Shown: positions 39,113-49,148 of the stretch, in pieces
Layout: every line of letters begins with the position of its first letter
How positions within the stretch are numbered: position 1 is the stretch's first letter
Assembly (NCBI GenBank): GCA_038870635.1
Contig: JAVZJR010000004.1
Coordinates: 1-64,000, forward strand
Source of the DNA: Candidatus Bilamarchaeaceae archaeon
Lineage (GTDB): Archaea; Micrarchaeota; Micrarchaeia; Anstonellales; Bilamarchaeaceae
Direction of reading: 5' to 3'
DNA length: 64,000 bases
Notes under the pieces: generated by a model
Seen by the model: only the letters and a program-made list of their open reading frames with translations
Told to the model about the DNA's origin: nothing
The model's database searches: none
Program-made: the position numbers and the translations under genes

Positions 39113-40210
39113 ATGGTTAAAACCGGGAGCATCGATCTTCCTCTTCACTTCTGTAAATGCCCCAGATGGCTTTTCAAAAGAATGAAAGAACTTAGCGGGG
39201 AGATAATTTTTGCTATAATTGATGAGTATGGAACAAAAGAACTATTGTTTCGCCTTTCCAATCCATTATTTTTTCAGGCTCTTGGTTGTGTTTTGGGTTT
39301 TGATTGGCACTCGAGTGGTTTAACAACTACTGTAAGCGCTGCACTAAAAGAAGGCAGTGGTAATGAAAGTGGGATTGCTTTTTGTGGTGGAAAAGGAAAA
39401 ACATCTCGCAAAACGCCCGAAGAGATAGAATTTAAGGCAAATGAGTTTGGTTTTTCTGATAAAAAAATTGAAACTCTGATTAAGGCTACACGATTGAGCG
39501 CAAAAGTAGATAATTCGTGCATCCAAGATGGTTACCAACTTTACCATCATCTATTTGTTTTTGATGAAGATGGCAATTGGGCTGTTATTCAACAAGGACT
39601 TAATGAAGATAGTGGGTATGCCAGGAGATATCATTGGTTTAACTCAGATTCTTTTGTTGATTCTCCTAAAGAGAGCATCATCGGAATAAAAAAACATAAT
39701 GTCCTCAATTTAGTTAGTGGCAAATCTAGAGAGGTAAGAAAGACAAGTGTTGACATCGTGAAAGATAATCCAGTCCATTTAAAGAACGAATTAAATTCTC
39801 AACAAACTCTTTTTGGGCATTTTGTTATGCCACAAAGACATGAAATACTTTCTCTTGATATCAATGAGCGCGATTGGAAAATACTCCATGAGATTTATGA
39901 ACTGCAACCAAAAGATTACGAAGAATTGGTTTCTTTGAAAGGAGTTGGGGGCAAGACACTTCGTTCTTTAGCGCTTCTTTCAAAGATAATTTATGGGTGC
40001 GAGGCAGATTGGGAAGACCCTATTAAATATTCTTTTGCGCATGGTGGTAAAGATGGTATTCCTTATCCAGTGGATAAAAAAAATTATGATAGTTCGATAG
40101 AGTTTCTAAGAAATTTAATAGAAGAAAGAAAAATAGGCGGAGAGAGGTATAAAGAAACATTGCGCCGTTTAGCAACTTTTTTTGATTTTTCTTATTTTAT
40201 TATCTTGTGA
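39113..40210 (+). CDS. DUF763 family protein
   Basis: DLPLH, FQALGCVLGFDWHSSGLTT, GGKG, QDGYQLYHH, FAHGGKDG.PYPV. Confidence 0.9.
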   Translation: MVKTGSIDLPLHFCKCPRWLFKRMKELSGEIIFAIIDEYGTKELLFRLSNPLFFQALGCVLGFDWHSSGLTTTVSAALKEGSGNESGIAFCGGKGKTSRKTPEEIEFKANEFGFSDKKIETLIKATRLSAKVDNSCIQDGYQLYHHLFVFDEDGNWAVIQQGLNEDSGYARRYHWFNSDSFVDSPKESIIGIKKHNVLNLVSGKSREVRKTSVDIVKDNPVHLKNELNSQQTLFGHFVMPQRHEILSLDINERDWKILHEIYELQPKDYEELVSLKGVGGKTLRSLALLSKIIYGCEADWEDPIKYSFAHGGKDGIPYPVDKKNYDSSIEFLRNLIEERKIGGERYKETLRRLATFFDFSYFIIL

Positions 40211-41267
40211 TTTCTACTTCTTTATAAACTTCCAATAGCTCTTTTTTGTTTTCAAAGTGTTTTCTGACAGGTTCTATTATTTTATCTATGTGTTCAGCAA
40301 TGCAATTTTTCAGGTCCATAGGATGAATTTTTTTGTTTATATATGCTTCTTCAAGCTCCGCATAAGAATTAAATGTTACATCGCCGCCGAATTTTGATTC
40401 TCGATAAACCGTTACACTTTCAAACTCATGGAAAACAACATATTTGGCCAGTTCAAGAACAGGATTGTCTTCTACTTGAGGGGGGCAGTATGCTTTTTTC
40501 ATTTTCTCTTTTATTTCTTCTTTCGTGTCATGCACAAATATCGCTGTCCATGGTTTGCTTTTACTCATTTTAGCTGCAAGGGTTCTTTCTTCTTTATTTG
40601 TAGGATTGCTTATCTTGGGTGGTTCAGCAAGGCCCGGCAGCAAATGATGATGGATTGCAATTGGTTTCTTCCATCCTAGATGAGGGTATACTTCTCTAGC
40701 TAAAACATGGATTTTTCTTTGGTCCATCCCCCCATGCGCAAGATGCGCTCCTATTGCCACGATGTCTACTGCTTGCATTGGTGGATAAAAATACTGCGCC
40801 AGGTCAAGTTTTTCATTTTCGCTTCTTCCCATTATTGTTAAGCATCGCGAGCAACGCGCAAGCGAAATTTGAAGAGAAAAACGCATAACATTCTTCCAGT
40901 AATCATCATTGTTGTGGTAGAGTTCACTTCCTAAAACTATCTCTGTTTTTGGACAAAAAAATTTGAATGCTTCTTTGTAATATTTAGCCGCTTTTAGTAT
41001 TTTATCCCAATCGCCGCCGAGTTTCTTATTTAGTATGCTGTGCCAGTCAGCAAGAAGAACCTTAGTTTTGAATCCTGCTTCCGAAAGGTCGTTTATTTTG
41101 AATCCACTTAATATAAGAGTGCCGAGATGTAAATGGCCTGAGATTTCAAAACCTTGGTAGTGTACTGGTCTTTCTTCTCTTTGTAGAAGTTCTCTTAAAT
41201 CAGCTATCGTCAATGTTTCTTCTATAGGCGCTCGCGTAACTAATTCTATTCTTTTTTCTATATCCAT
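40200..41267 (-). CDS. tyrS: tyrosine--tRNA ligase
   Basis: YQGFEISGHLHLG, LADWHS, YPPMQAVD, GGMDQRK, KMSKS, HPMDLK; start trimmed to MDIEKR. Confidence 0.95.
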   Translation of the reverse strand: MDIEKRIELVTRAPIEETLTIADLRELLQREERPVHYQGFEISGHLHLGTLILSGFKINDLSEAGFKTKVLLADWHSILNKKLGGDWDKILKAAKYYKEAFKFFCPKTEIVLGSELYHNNDDYWKNVMRFSLQISLARCSRCLTIMGRSENEKLDLAQYFYPPMQAVDIVAIGAHLAHGGMDQRKIHVLAREVYPHLGWKKPIAIHHHLLPGLAEPPKISNPTNKEERTLAAKMSKSKPWTAIFVHDTKEEIKEKMKKAYCPPQVEDNPVLELAKYVVFHEFESVTVYRESKFGGDVTFNSYAELEEAYINKKIHPMDLKNCIAEHIDKIIEPVRKHFENKKELLEVYKEVEITR

Positions 41268-41334
41268 GTAATGAGAATTAAAAGAATTGTTTATAAAATG
41301 TTTCATAAAAAAGTTAGAATGTTAAATAAGGTGT

Positions 41335-42078
41335 GTGGATATGGCTACCATGGCTTTTTCAAATAATGTTAGAAAAGAGGGAGAAAAACAGTTGAGTTTA
41401 TCAAATAAGCTAAAACCACAGTTAAAAAGATTAAAGGAGAAAATAGAGGAAATACCTTCTCGTTTGTCAAATAATTTCAAAAAAGTATTATTCTTTACTT
41501 TTGCGTCAGCTGTCCTTACCTTTTCTTGTGGTAAAGAAGAAAAAAATAAAGGTTGGCCACCAAGCGGATATGCTGATCTTTGCGTACCGCCTTCTGGAGA
41601 AATCCAAAAAATATGCGATGATGAAAATATAAAAACAGTGTATCTCGCCAATGTCCCAGAAGTTTTTGGTAATGATATGAGTGCTAAAAATTGTGAGGAA
41701 GTAGTTTTTAAGGGGAATATAAATGATTCTCCATATGAAGAATCTTCTAGATTTTGCGCTTGTAGAAATTGGTTGGAGAGAATGAATGGCGACCCAACAA
41801 ATTGTGTTTATAGTTTAGATAAAACGTGTGATAAAAACTTCGGCGCAAGTGTAGCTGTTGGTGTGCCTGGAAGCACGACAATAAAAGTTCGAGACAACCA
41901 GGATATATTTTTATATCACGACGCGTACACTGTTGTTGTTTGTAGGGCCGCAGGCTCTAAGTGCGAGGACGAAAGCGTTTCACCTAATATCCCCCCTTTG
42001 AATACTTTTTGCGAGAATATTCTGCTAGAAGTTAAGTTTGTTCCTGCAGAAGGGTTCAAAGAGACTTCAAAAAAATAA
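41335..42078 (+). CDS. hypothetical Cys-rich lipoprotein-like protein
   Basis: Long basic leader, hydrophobic stretch, TFSCG Cys; multiple Cys. Confidence 0.7.
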   Translation: MDMATMAFSNNVRKEGEKQLSLSNKLKPQLKRLKEKIEEIPSRLSNNFKKVLFFTFASAVLTFSCGKEEKNKGWPPSGYADLCVPPSGEIQKICDDENIKTVYLANVPEVFGNDMSAKNCEEVVFKGNINDSPYEESSRFCACRNWLERMNGDPTNCVYSLDKTCDKNFGASVAVGVPGSTTIKVRDNQDIFLYHDAYTVVVCRAAGSKCEDESVSPNIPPLNTFCENILLEVKFVPAEGFKETSKK

Positions 42079-42211
42079 GTTTGTTTTGTTTGCTTTTCTA
42101 TGGGGGAAGTTGCTACCTCTTTTAAAATCTTTTGTTTTATTTTAGGTATGGAGAGAGATGAGAAAAGGGATTTTGTTTCTCATTCTGAATTTTTAATTTA
42201 GAGGTGTAAAA

Positions 42212-42841
42212 ATGGATAGAAGAATTGTTTTGCCAGGTGAAAAGATAGCCGAAGGCAAGTTTAGGATTCCTAATACCTATGTAGAAGGAGAAAATATCTA
42301 TGCTACGCTCGTTGGTTTTATTGATGAAAACAATCGATATGTACCAATAGAAAAAAGGTACAAACCAGAACCAGGCGAGCTTGTTGTGGGTGTTGTTACA
42401 GATGCTAGACATGCTGGTTATAGCGTAGATTTAAACTTACCTACAGAAGGTTTTATATCTACAAAATTTATGCACGCGACTCTTATGCTTGGTGATATGG
42501 TAATTGCTAGAATTCGTTCTATAGAGAGAAATGGTGTTATTGAATTGACTGATATTAAGAGACTGCCAAAAGGGAAAATAGTAACTTTTCCATCAGCTAA
42601 AGTGCCACGTTTAGTGGGAAAGCAAAATAGCATGCTTGATATAATAAAAAAATACGGTGGCGGGGATGTTGTTGTAGGTACTAATGGATATGTATGGATA
42701 AGTGAAAAGGCGAATATCCCCTTAATACTTAAGGTAATGGAACTTATAGAAGAGAAAGCGCATAAGCGCGGCTTAACAGATAGAGTTGTAGACTTCTTTG
42801 AGAAAGAGAAGGCTGCGAGAGCGCAAGGTAAGGTGGTATAA
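42212..42841 (+). CDS. rrp4: exosome RNA-binding subunit Rrp4
   Basis: IVLPGE, Y.P..G..VVG S1 domain, KH motif KVPRLVGK..SM, GTNGYVWI, AHKRGLTD. Confidence 0.92.
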   Translation: MDRRIVLPGEKIAEGKFRIPNTYVEGENIYATLVGFIDENNRYVPIEKRYKPEPGELVVGVVTDARHAGYSVDLNLPTEGFISTKFMHATLMLGDMVIARIRSIERNGVIELTDIKRLPKGKIVTFPSAKVPRLVGKQNSMLDIIKKYGGGDVVVGTNGYVWISEKANIPLILKVMELIEEKAHKRGLTDRVVDFFEKEKAARAQGKVV

Positions 42842-43581
42842 TGGGCGCAAAATCTGACGTGAAGCTTATTGTTAATGGAAAGAGAATAGATGGAAGAAGT
42901 TCTGTTGATTTAAGAAAAATAAGAATAGAAGTTGGTGTTATACCTGAGGCTGATGGCTCAGCTTATATAGAGTGGGGCGGAAATAAAATACTATGCGGTG
43001 TGCATGGACCACGTGAATGTATTCCACATCATGAGGCAAATCCATTTAGAGCAATAATAAAATGTAGGTATATGATGTCACCTTTTGCTTCTTTAGAAGA
43101 ACATGGAAAAAGCGGGCCCAGTCGTAGAAGTGTAGAACTCTCAAAAGTTATACGTGAAGTTTTTGAGAATCTTATAATAGCAGAAGAATTTCCAAATACA
43201 GAAATAAACATATACATAGATGTTTTGCAAGCGGAAGGCGGTACCAGGACTGCCTCAATAACAGCAGCGGCAGTGGCTCTTGCCAATGCGGGTATACCAC
43301 TGCGTGATCTTGTTTCAGCAGTATCTGTTGGTAAGGCTGATGGCGAGCTTATTGTAGACCTTGGAAAGTTAGAAGACAATTTCGGCCAATCCGATATGCC
43401 GCTTGCCTTTTCTGCACGAGACAAAAAGATCTTGCTTTTGCAAATGGACGGTCTCTTAACAAAAGAAGAGATAAAAAGAATAATTGAATTGGCAGAAGAA
43501 GCATCTTCTAAAATTAATAAAATTCAAAAAGATGCACTTCAAAGGTACTATTATGAAGAAGAAAGAGATTTTGTTCTATGA
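42841..43581 (+). CDS. rrp41: exosome exonuclease Rrp41
   Basis: RIDGR, ADGSAY, GPRE, RRSVE, QAEGGTR, EDNFGQSDMP. Confidence 0.96.
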   Translation: MGAKSDVKLIVNGKRIDGRSSVDLRKIRIEVGVIPEADGSAYIEWGGNKILCGVHGPRECIPHHEANPFRAIIKCRYMMSPFASLEEHGKSGPSRRSVELSKVIREVFENLIIAEEFPNTEINIYIDVLQAEGGTRTASITAAAVALANAGIPLRDLVSAVSVGKADGELIVDLGKLEDNFGQSDMPLAFSARDKKILLLQMDGLLTKEEIKRIIELAEEASSKINKIQKDALQRYYYEEERDFVL

Positions 43582-43590
43582 GGTGTTTAT

Positions 43591-44382
43591 ATGGGTACTG
43601 AAATAAAAGAAATGGTTATGCAAAAAATGCGCGCCGAAGTAATGACTGATCTTTTAGATAGAGGAGAAAGGCTTGATGGTAGGGAATTTGATGAGTATAG
43701 GCCAATAAAAATACAAAAAAATCCCATAACAACAGCAGATGGGTCTGCATATGTGCGTATTGGTAATACTCAAGTTTTAGCTGCTGTTAAATTCGAAGTG
43801 GTTGCTCCTTTTCCTGATCGCCCAAAGGAGGGTGCTTTGATTATGAACGCAGAACACTTGCCAGTTGCCAATCCTTCATTTGAAGCAGGGCCGCCAGATG
43901 AAAAATCCATCGAGATGGCAAGAACTGTTGATCGCGCTATAAGAAGTTCGGAAGCAATAGATTTAAATGAACTTTTCATAGAAGATGGAAAAGTTCTCGG
44001 TATCTTTGTAGATCTTTATGTTCTTGACCACGCAGGAAATTATACAGATGCAGCAACATTAGCCGCAACTGCTGCCTTGTTAAATACAAAAATGCCAAAA
44101 ATTGAGGGCGGAGTTATAATAAGGGGGGAATACAAAGACTATTTGAAGCTAAGGGCATTGCCACTATCGACTACTTTCATAAGGGTAGGGAGACATTGGC
44201 TTGTTGATCCAACTGAATACGAGGAGAAAGTGCTTAATACTCGTCTTACAATTGCGACAACAGAAGAGCACGTTTGCGCTATGCAAAAAGCAGAAGGATG
44301 GGTTACGAAAGATGAGCTTCTTGAAAGAATAGATGTAGCATTTAAAAAAGGTTCTGAACTAAGAAAATTACTTACTATATAG
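43591..44382 (+). CDS. rrp42: exosome subunit Rrp42
   Basis: RLDGREFDEYR, PFPDRPKEG, FEAGPPDE, VDRAIR, LDHAGN. Confidence 0.95.
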   Translation: MGTEIKEMVMQKMRAEVMTDLLDRGERLDGREFDEYRPIKIQKNPITTADGSAYVRIGNTQVLAAVKFEVVAPFPDRPKEGALIMNAEHLPVANPSFEAGPPDEKSIEMARTVDRAIRSSEAIDLNELFIEDGKVLGIFVDLYVLDHAGNYTDAATLAATAALLNTKMPKIEGGVIIRGEYKDYLKLRALPLSTTFIRVGRHWLVDPTEYEEKVLNTRLTIATTEEHVCAMQKAEGWVTKDELLERIDVAFKKGSELRKLLTI

Positions 44383-44392
44383 GTGCTTACTT

Positions 44393-44632
44393 ATGAGAAG
44401 CGAGAAGTATGGAGCAAGGATTAGAAAATTATATGATGCTGCCATAAAGGCAAAAAACACACGCTATGAATGCCCAAAATGCCACAAGAAGAATCTTAGA
44501 AGGAAAGGAACTGCCTTGTGGGAATGTAAATCTTGCGAAGCGAGATTTGCCGGCGGCGCATATTCTTTTAGGACAGAAGTTGGTGAAATAGCATGCAGAT
44601 TGATTAGTGAGTATTCAAATATAAAACAATAG
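44393..44632 (+). CDS. rpl37ae: 50S ribosomal protein eL43 (L37Ae)
   Basis: YGARIRK, CPKC...W.CKSC...AGGAY; expected position after rrp42. Confidence 0.93.
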   Translation: MRSEKYGARIRKLYDAAIKAKNTRYECPKCHKKNLRRKGTALWECKSCEARFAGGAYSFRTEVGEIACRLISEYSNIKQ

Positions 44633-44640
44633 GTGTTTTT

Positions 44641-44778
44641 ATGCCCGAATACAAGGACCAAAAAACTGGAGAAGTTGTAAAAATATCAATCGAAAAGGGT
44701 TTCAAGTTTCCAGCAACCGGTGCGAAGGTACTCTTAAAATCAAGACCACCAGTAGCAAAGGAGGTTAGTACTGATTGA
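44641..44778 (+). CDS. rpoP: DNA-directed RNA polymerase subunit Rpo12 (RpoP), Cys-free variant (not in ORF track)
   Basis: 45 aa MPEYKDQKTGEVVKISIEKGFKFPATGAKVLLKSRPPVAKEVSTD; 'KVLLKSRPPV.K.V' tail; syntenic position after L37Ae; AGGTG upstream. Confidence 0.8.
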   Translation: MPEYKDQKTGEVVKISIEKGFKFPATGAKVLLKSRPPVAKEVSTD

Positions 44779-45014
44779 TAGTTACAACATCAAGGTACGC
44801 GTCGTCCCGAGTTCGAAAAGAAGCGATTGAATTCGCTAATAATAAAAAAGCACTCTATATTGCGAGAGGAAAGAGAACGATAAATTCTATTGTTGATTTA
44901 GCTTGGAGAAAAGGGCATCATTTAATAATCATTTTTAGGGAGAAAAATGGAAAAGTAGCAGGATTTGATGAGATTGAGATAGATCAATGGGGTGACTGGA
45001 AGTGGAAAAAATGA
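44775..45014 (+). CDS. minimal Brix/Imp4-like protein
   Basis: MIVTTSR, 'YIARGKRTINSIV'; syntenic position after rpoP. Confidence 0.7.
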   Translation: MIVTTSRYASSRVRKEAIEFANNKKALYIARGKRTINSIVDLAWRKGHHLIIIFREKNGKVAGFDEIEIDQWGDWKWKK

Positions 45015-45274
45015 AGTACTCGTCCGAGATTAAAGTGCTTTGCAGCGATGAAGAAGAAGCGAATAATATTATGGCAAGTATTTCTCATGAAGGTAAAGGA
45101 AGTGATAGAGCAACTGCAAGAGTGAGCAGAAAAGGAAAAGAAATATCAATTAATATTGTTTCTGCAGACGCTACCGCTCTACGCGCTTTTATCAACAGCT
45201 TCTTAAGAGACCTTCAAGCTATTGAAGGAGTGGAGGCAACCGCTTCTACTTGCTCTAACAAAGATGTTTTATAA
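45011..45274 (+). CDS. pcc1: KEOPS complex subunit Pcc1
   Basis: 'I.INI.SADATALRAFINSFLR'; syntenic position. Confidence 0.88.
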   Translation: MKYSSEIKVLCSDEEEANNIMASISHEGKGSDRATARVSRKGKEISINIVSADATALRAFINSFLRDLQAIEGVEATASTCSNKDVL

Positions 45275-45313
45275 TATATTCTTTTGATTATTATGATTGT
45301 TTGAGGTGTTTAA

Positions 45314-45667
45314 ATGGCAGATAAAGAAGATGCAGAGTTTGGTAAATCACTTGCAGAATATGAAAATCTTGAAAAGCAACTGGAAGTTGTTTTAATACAG
45401 AAAAACCAACTTTCCTTGCAGATAGCCGAGGCTAAGAATGCGCTTGAGGAATTAAAAGATGCGAAAGGAGAGGTTTATCGTTCTGTTGGTTCTTTGATAC
45501 TGAAGACAACAAAAGAAGAAGCAGAGAAAAAACTAAAAGAAAGATTAGAGCTTATGGAAGTGAAGCATAAGGCAATATCAAAAGAGGAAGAAAGACTAAA
45601 AGAAGCAGTCCTTAAACTTCAACAAACGCTAAAAGAAAAGATGGAGAAGTATGAGAAAAAATCTTAA
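45314..45667 (+). CDS. pfdB: prefoldin subunit beta
   Basis: Coiled coils flanking 'ALEEL...VYRSVGSLIL'. Confidence 0.92.
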   Translation: MADKEDAEFGKSLAEYENLEKQLEVVLIQKNQLSLQIAEAKNALEELKDAKGEVYRSVGSLILKTTKEEAEKKLKERLELMEVKHKAISKEEERLKEAVLKLQQTLKEKMEKYEKKS

Positions 45668-46607
45668 TGAGATTATCGCATATCTCAGAGATAAGAAAAT
45701 TTTGCTTACTTCTCATCGGAAGCCAGATATAGATTCAGTTGTTTCTCTTTTTGTGTTAAAAGAACTTTTACCTAATGCGGTTATTGCCTTGACAAGCGAG
45801 AAAGACGAGAGCGCAAAAAATTTAATTGACTATCTTGGTTTAGAATTTGAGGATTTAAATAAAATAAATCTTAGCGACTTTGATGGCTTAGTTGTTGCAG
45901 ATACATCATCCACTACCCTTGTGCCTATTGCAAAAGAAGCAAAAATTTTTCTTCTAATAGACCACCACCAAGCAGAGGGCAGAGACATAAAAGCAGATTT
46001 TGAAATAATAGATTCTCAAGCCACAGCTACTTCTGAAATAATCGCCATTCTTCTCGAAGATGCTGGAATGCTTGATAAGATTTCAAAAAAAGCAATCTTT
46101 GCGCTTTGTTGCGGGATTGTTTTTGATAGTGCTCGTTTTAAATCTGCGAGAGCACAGACTTTCAAGATACTATCTAAACTAATGGAATTAGCTGAAGAAA
46201 GTTATGAAAAGATAAGGGAATACGCAGAACCACCACGGAGAAGAGATGAACAACTTGCGATATTGCGTGGTTTTCAAAGATTAGAAATATACGAAATAAA
46301 TGGGTATGTAATAGCCACAAGCAATGTTGGAAGCAACGCAAGCGACACTGCATCCTTTTTAGCAGAGGTAGCTCATGTTTCTTTTGTTGCTGAATTTAAA
46401 GAGAAGGAGAACGAAACTCGTCTTTCTGCTCGTGCGGCCCATACTTTTCCCCTGCCTCTAAACGAGATTGCTGCACGCGCTGCTGATAAAATCGGGGGAA
46501 AAGGAGGGGGGCATAAAAAAGCAGCAGGCCTCTCAGTTAAAAATAAAAAACCATCAGAAGTTTTAAAGGCGTGTTTAGATGTTTTAAAAGAAGTATTTTC
46601 TAATTAA
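45651..46607 (+). CDS. DHH/DHHA1 family phosphoesterase
   Basis: H..PDIDS, VADTS, IDHH, GIVFDS, GGGHKKAAG. Confidence 0.92.
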   Translation: MRKNLNEIIAYLRDKKILLTSHRKPDIDSVVSLFVLKELLPNAVIALTSEKDESAKNLIDYLGLEFEDLNKINLSDFDGLVVADTSSTTLVPIAKEAKIFLLIDHHQAEGRDIKADFEIIDSQATATSEIIAILLEDAGMLDKISKKAIFALCCGIVFDSARFKSARAQTFKILSKLMELAEESYEKIREYAEPPRRRDEQLAILRGFQRLEIYEINGYVIATSNVGSNASDTASFLAEVAHVSFVAEFKEKENETRLSARAAHTFPLPLNEIAARAADKIGGKGGGHKKAAGLSVKNKKPSEVLKACLDVLKEVFSN

Positions 46608-47333
46608 TTACTTTTTATCTTCATCTTTTTGTTTGTTTCTTTTTTCTTTCTCTTCCTGATATTTCAGTTCATCCTCAAACATTTTTCTTATAAATTCATC
46701 TCGATTATTTTTATTTACATTTTTTCCATACAAATTTTTGATTTCTTTATTAAGGTCTTCTTTATTCTTTTCAGGTGAATGAATTATAACAAAATGACTA
46801 TTCCACAACATTAAGATATACACCGTATATTTTTTTCCGTTTATTCCTTTTCCTTCTATATACAATTGGCTACTTTTTTCCTCATCTGCTTGTAAGTTAA
46901 ACTTCCCGTTTTTAAGTATTACTGGTGAGCTACATACAATTTCGTTGCTGCCATCTATTCCATCATACAAAATTTTACCATTTTTTGTGAGCAAAAAAAT
47001 TCCTTTTTTGTAAGCTAATGCGCTTATGATTTTTTCTTTTACATTTTTGTCTTTTAATGAAGCGTACTCTTCCTTACCATTATTGTTTATTACAATTCCG
47101 TAACTTATTTTATGGGGAGTTATCGTTATCCTAAATTTAAGCCCGTTTTTTTCTATTTGCGTAGTGTGATTATTTTTTACTATAACAGAGAAAATACCCT
47201 CCTGGATATTATCTTCTTTAAGCACTTCTTTTCGTTGGAACGTAATTTCGTTTTTATTAAGCTGTGAGAGTGCTTGCTGTTGATTGATGAAAAGAAGAGT
47301 CGCGATTGTAGCTGCAAAAAGTTTTGTTCGCAT
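46608..47333 (-). CDS. hypothetical exported protein
   Basis: Real start probably MRTKLFAATIATLLF (signal-like); the upstream part of the track ORF is antisense to gdhA. Confidence 0.6.
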   Translation of the reverse strand: MRTKLFAATIATLLFINQQQALSQLNKNEITFQRKEVLKEDNIQEGIFSVIVKNNHTTQIEKNGLKFRITITPHKISYGIVINNNGKEEYASLKDKNVKEKIISALAYKKGIFLLTKNGKILYDGIDGSNEIVCSSPVILKNGKFNLQADEEKSSQLYIEGKGINGKKYTVYILMLWNSHFVIIHSPEKNKEDLNKEIKNLYGKNVNKNNRDEFIRKMFEDELKYQEEKEKRNKQKDEDKK

Positions 47334-47444
47334 TTTCTTACCATTTTTATTTATTGTTATAAAGTATTTAAAAACCTGTTTGCTTTTAACATAAGTTTTT
47401 AAGGCTTGGTTATAAAAATATTTCAACAAATTTTTTACTAGGAG

Positions 47445-48560
47445 ATGACTACTATGAGAAAGGAAGATGTCTTTGGGTTTGAGAAGGTAGTAGAAGTTTA
47501 CGACCAGAAAACTGGTATGGAAGGTGTTTGTGTTATTCACAACACTGCGCGCGGGCCTGGAAAAGGCGGCATACGGATGGTGCCAGACGTTACAGTAGAG
47601 GAAGTAATGGGTCTTGCGCGAGCAATGACTTGGAAAAATGCTATGGCCGACCTTCCTTTTGGTGGTGCGAAAAGTGGAATAAAAGCAGACCCAACGAAAC
47701 TCACTCCTGCTCAAAAAGAGACTATTGTTCGAGCTTTCGCCAGAAAAATATCCGAATTGATGCCTGAGCAATATATAGCAGGGCCAGATATGAATATGAC
47801 AGAAAAAGAGATGGCGTATATCGCAGACGAGTGCAAAGATAACCGCGTCGTTACTGGAAAGCCCTCTGAGCTGGGCGGTCTTCCTCACGAATTAGGAAGC
47901 ACTGGTTATGGTGTTGCCCTTGCAACTAAGGTTGCTGTCGAGCACGATGGCAAAAATCTTAGTGGTATGAAAGTTGCAATAGAGGGGTTTGGTAATGTTG
48001 GTACCTTTACAATGAAATTTTTAACAGAATGGGGGGCTACGGTGGTGGCAGTTTCAGATTCTAAAGGAACTATCTATAATGAAAAAGGTTTAGATTATCA
48101 TAAACTGATGGAAACCAAAGCAACAAAAAAGACTGTAACTGCTTATTCTGATGGAAAAGTTCTTGATGCGAAAGCACTTTTCGAATTAGATTGTGACATT
48201 CTTATACCTGGAGCTCGTCCTAATGTTATAACAATGAGCAACTATGAAAAAGTTAAAGCAAAATACATCTCAGAAGCAGCTAATCTGCCGATACCACACG
48301 ATGTAGAATTGCTTTTAGCAAAAAAAGGAAAAGTTGTTCTGCCTGATTTTGTTGCTAATGCTGGCGGTGTTATAAGCAGTTGGTGCGAAACAGAAGGAAT
48401 GAGCCCAACTGAGATGTTCTCTGTTGTGAAGGATAAAATAGAGAAAAACACAAAAATAATGTTAGAACGTGCAAAGAACCTTGAAACAAGAAAAGCTGCA
48501 ATGGAAATAGCAAAAGAGAGAGTGGAAAGTGCGATGAGGTATAGGGGCTGGATAGCGTGA
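47445..48560 (+). CDS. gdhA: Glu/Leu/Phe/Val dehydrogenase (glutamate dehydrogenase)
   Basis: GPGKGGIR, MTWKNA, GGAKSGI, GPDMN, GFGNVG, PDFVANAGGV. Confidence 0.93.
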   Translation: MTTMRKEDVFGFEKVVEVYDQKTGMEGVCVIHNTARGPGKGGIRMVPDVTVEEVMGLARAMTWKNAMADLPFGGAKSGIKADPTKLTPAQKETIVRAFARKISELMPEQYIAGPDMNMTEKEMAYIADECKDNRVVTGKPSELGGLPHELGSTGYGVALATKVAVEHDGKNLSGMKVAIEGFGNVGTFTMKFLTEWGATVVAVSDSKGTIYNEKGLDYHKLMETKATKKTVTAYSDGKVLDAKALFELDCDILIPGARPNVITMSNYEKVKAKYISEAANLPIPHDVELLLAKKGKVVLPDFVANAGGVISSWCETEGMSPTEMFSVVKDKIEKNTKIMLERAKNLETRKAAMEIAKERVESAMRYRGWIA

Positions 48561-49144
48561 AGATTGTTATCATTGACAATGGCTCGCAATACACTCATTT
48601 GATAAAGAGAGGTTATCGCGATCTTGGTCATGCACCAGAAATAATAAACACAAAAATTCGCTATTCCGAAGTAGAGGAGGTTGTACGGAGTGCGGATGCT
48701 GTTATCCTTTCAGGAGGCCCGAACTCCGTATACTTAGAGAAAGAAGAAACACTTTCGCGTACAATTGTAAGTAAAATAAGAGATGGCGAACTTAAAAAAC
48801 CGTTATTGGGTATATGTTACGGCCATCAAATGATAGGATATGTATGGGGCGCACCAGTGGCAAAAGGGCAAAGTGCAGAATATGGTGTTTGCGAGATTTT
48901 TGTCGACGAAGAGAATACTCTTTTCAGTGGTTTGCCAAAAAAGTTTAAGGCTTGGGTTTCTCACTACGATGAGGTTAAGGAAATTCCAAAAGGATTTCGT
49001 GTTCTTGCCCATTCTTCTAATTGTAAAATAGAAGCTATGGCAAACGAGGAGAAAAAAGTCTACGGAGTTCAGTTTCATCCAGAGGTTTGGCATACCGAAA
49101 ACGGGGAAAAAATTCTTCAAAACTTTTTGAAAATTATAGATTGA
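48557..49144 (+). CDS. guaAA: GMP synthase glutamine amidotransferase subunit A
   Basis: IDNGSQY, LSGGP, GICYGHQ, SHYD, QFHPEV. Confidence 0.92.
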   Translation: MKIVIIDNGSQYTHLIKRGYRDLGHAPEIINTKIRYSEVEEVVRSADAVILSGGPNSVYLEKEETLSRTIVSKIRDGELKKPLLGICYGHQMIGYVWGAPVAKGQSAEYGVCEIFVDEENTLFSGLPKKFKAWVSHYDEVKEIPKGFRVLAHSSNCKIEAMANEEKKVYGVQFHPEVWHTENGEKILQNFLKIID

Positions 49145-49148
49145 TTTT

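Noticed and set aside
47334..47888. 5' part of the 426-aa minus-strand ORF 46608-47888
   Set aside because: Antisense shadow of gdhA and its promoter region; a plausible start with a signal-like peptide lies at 47333.
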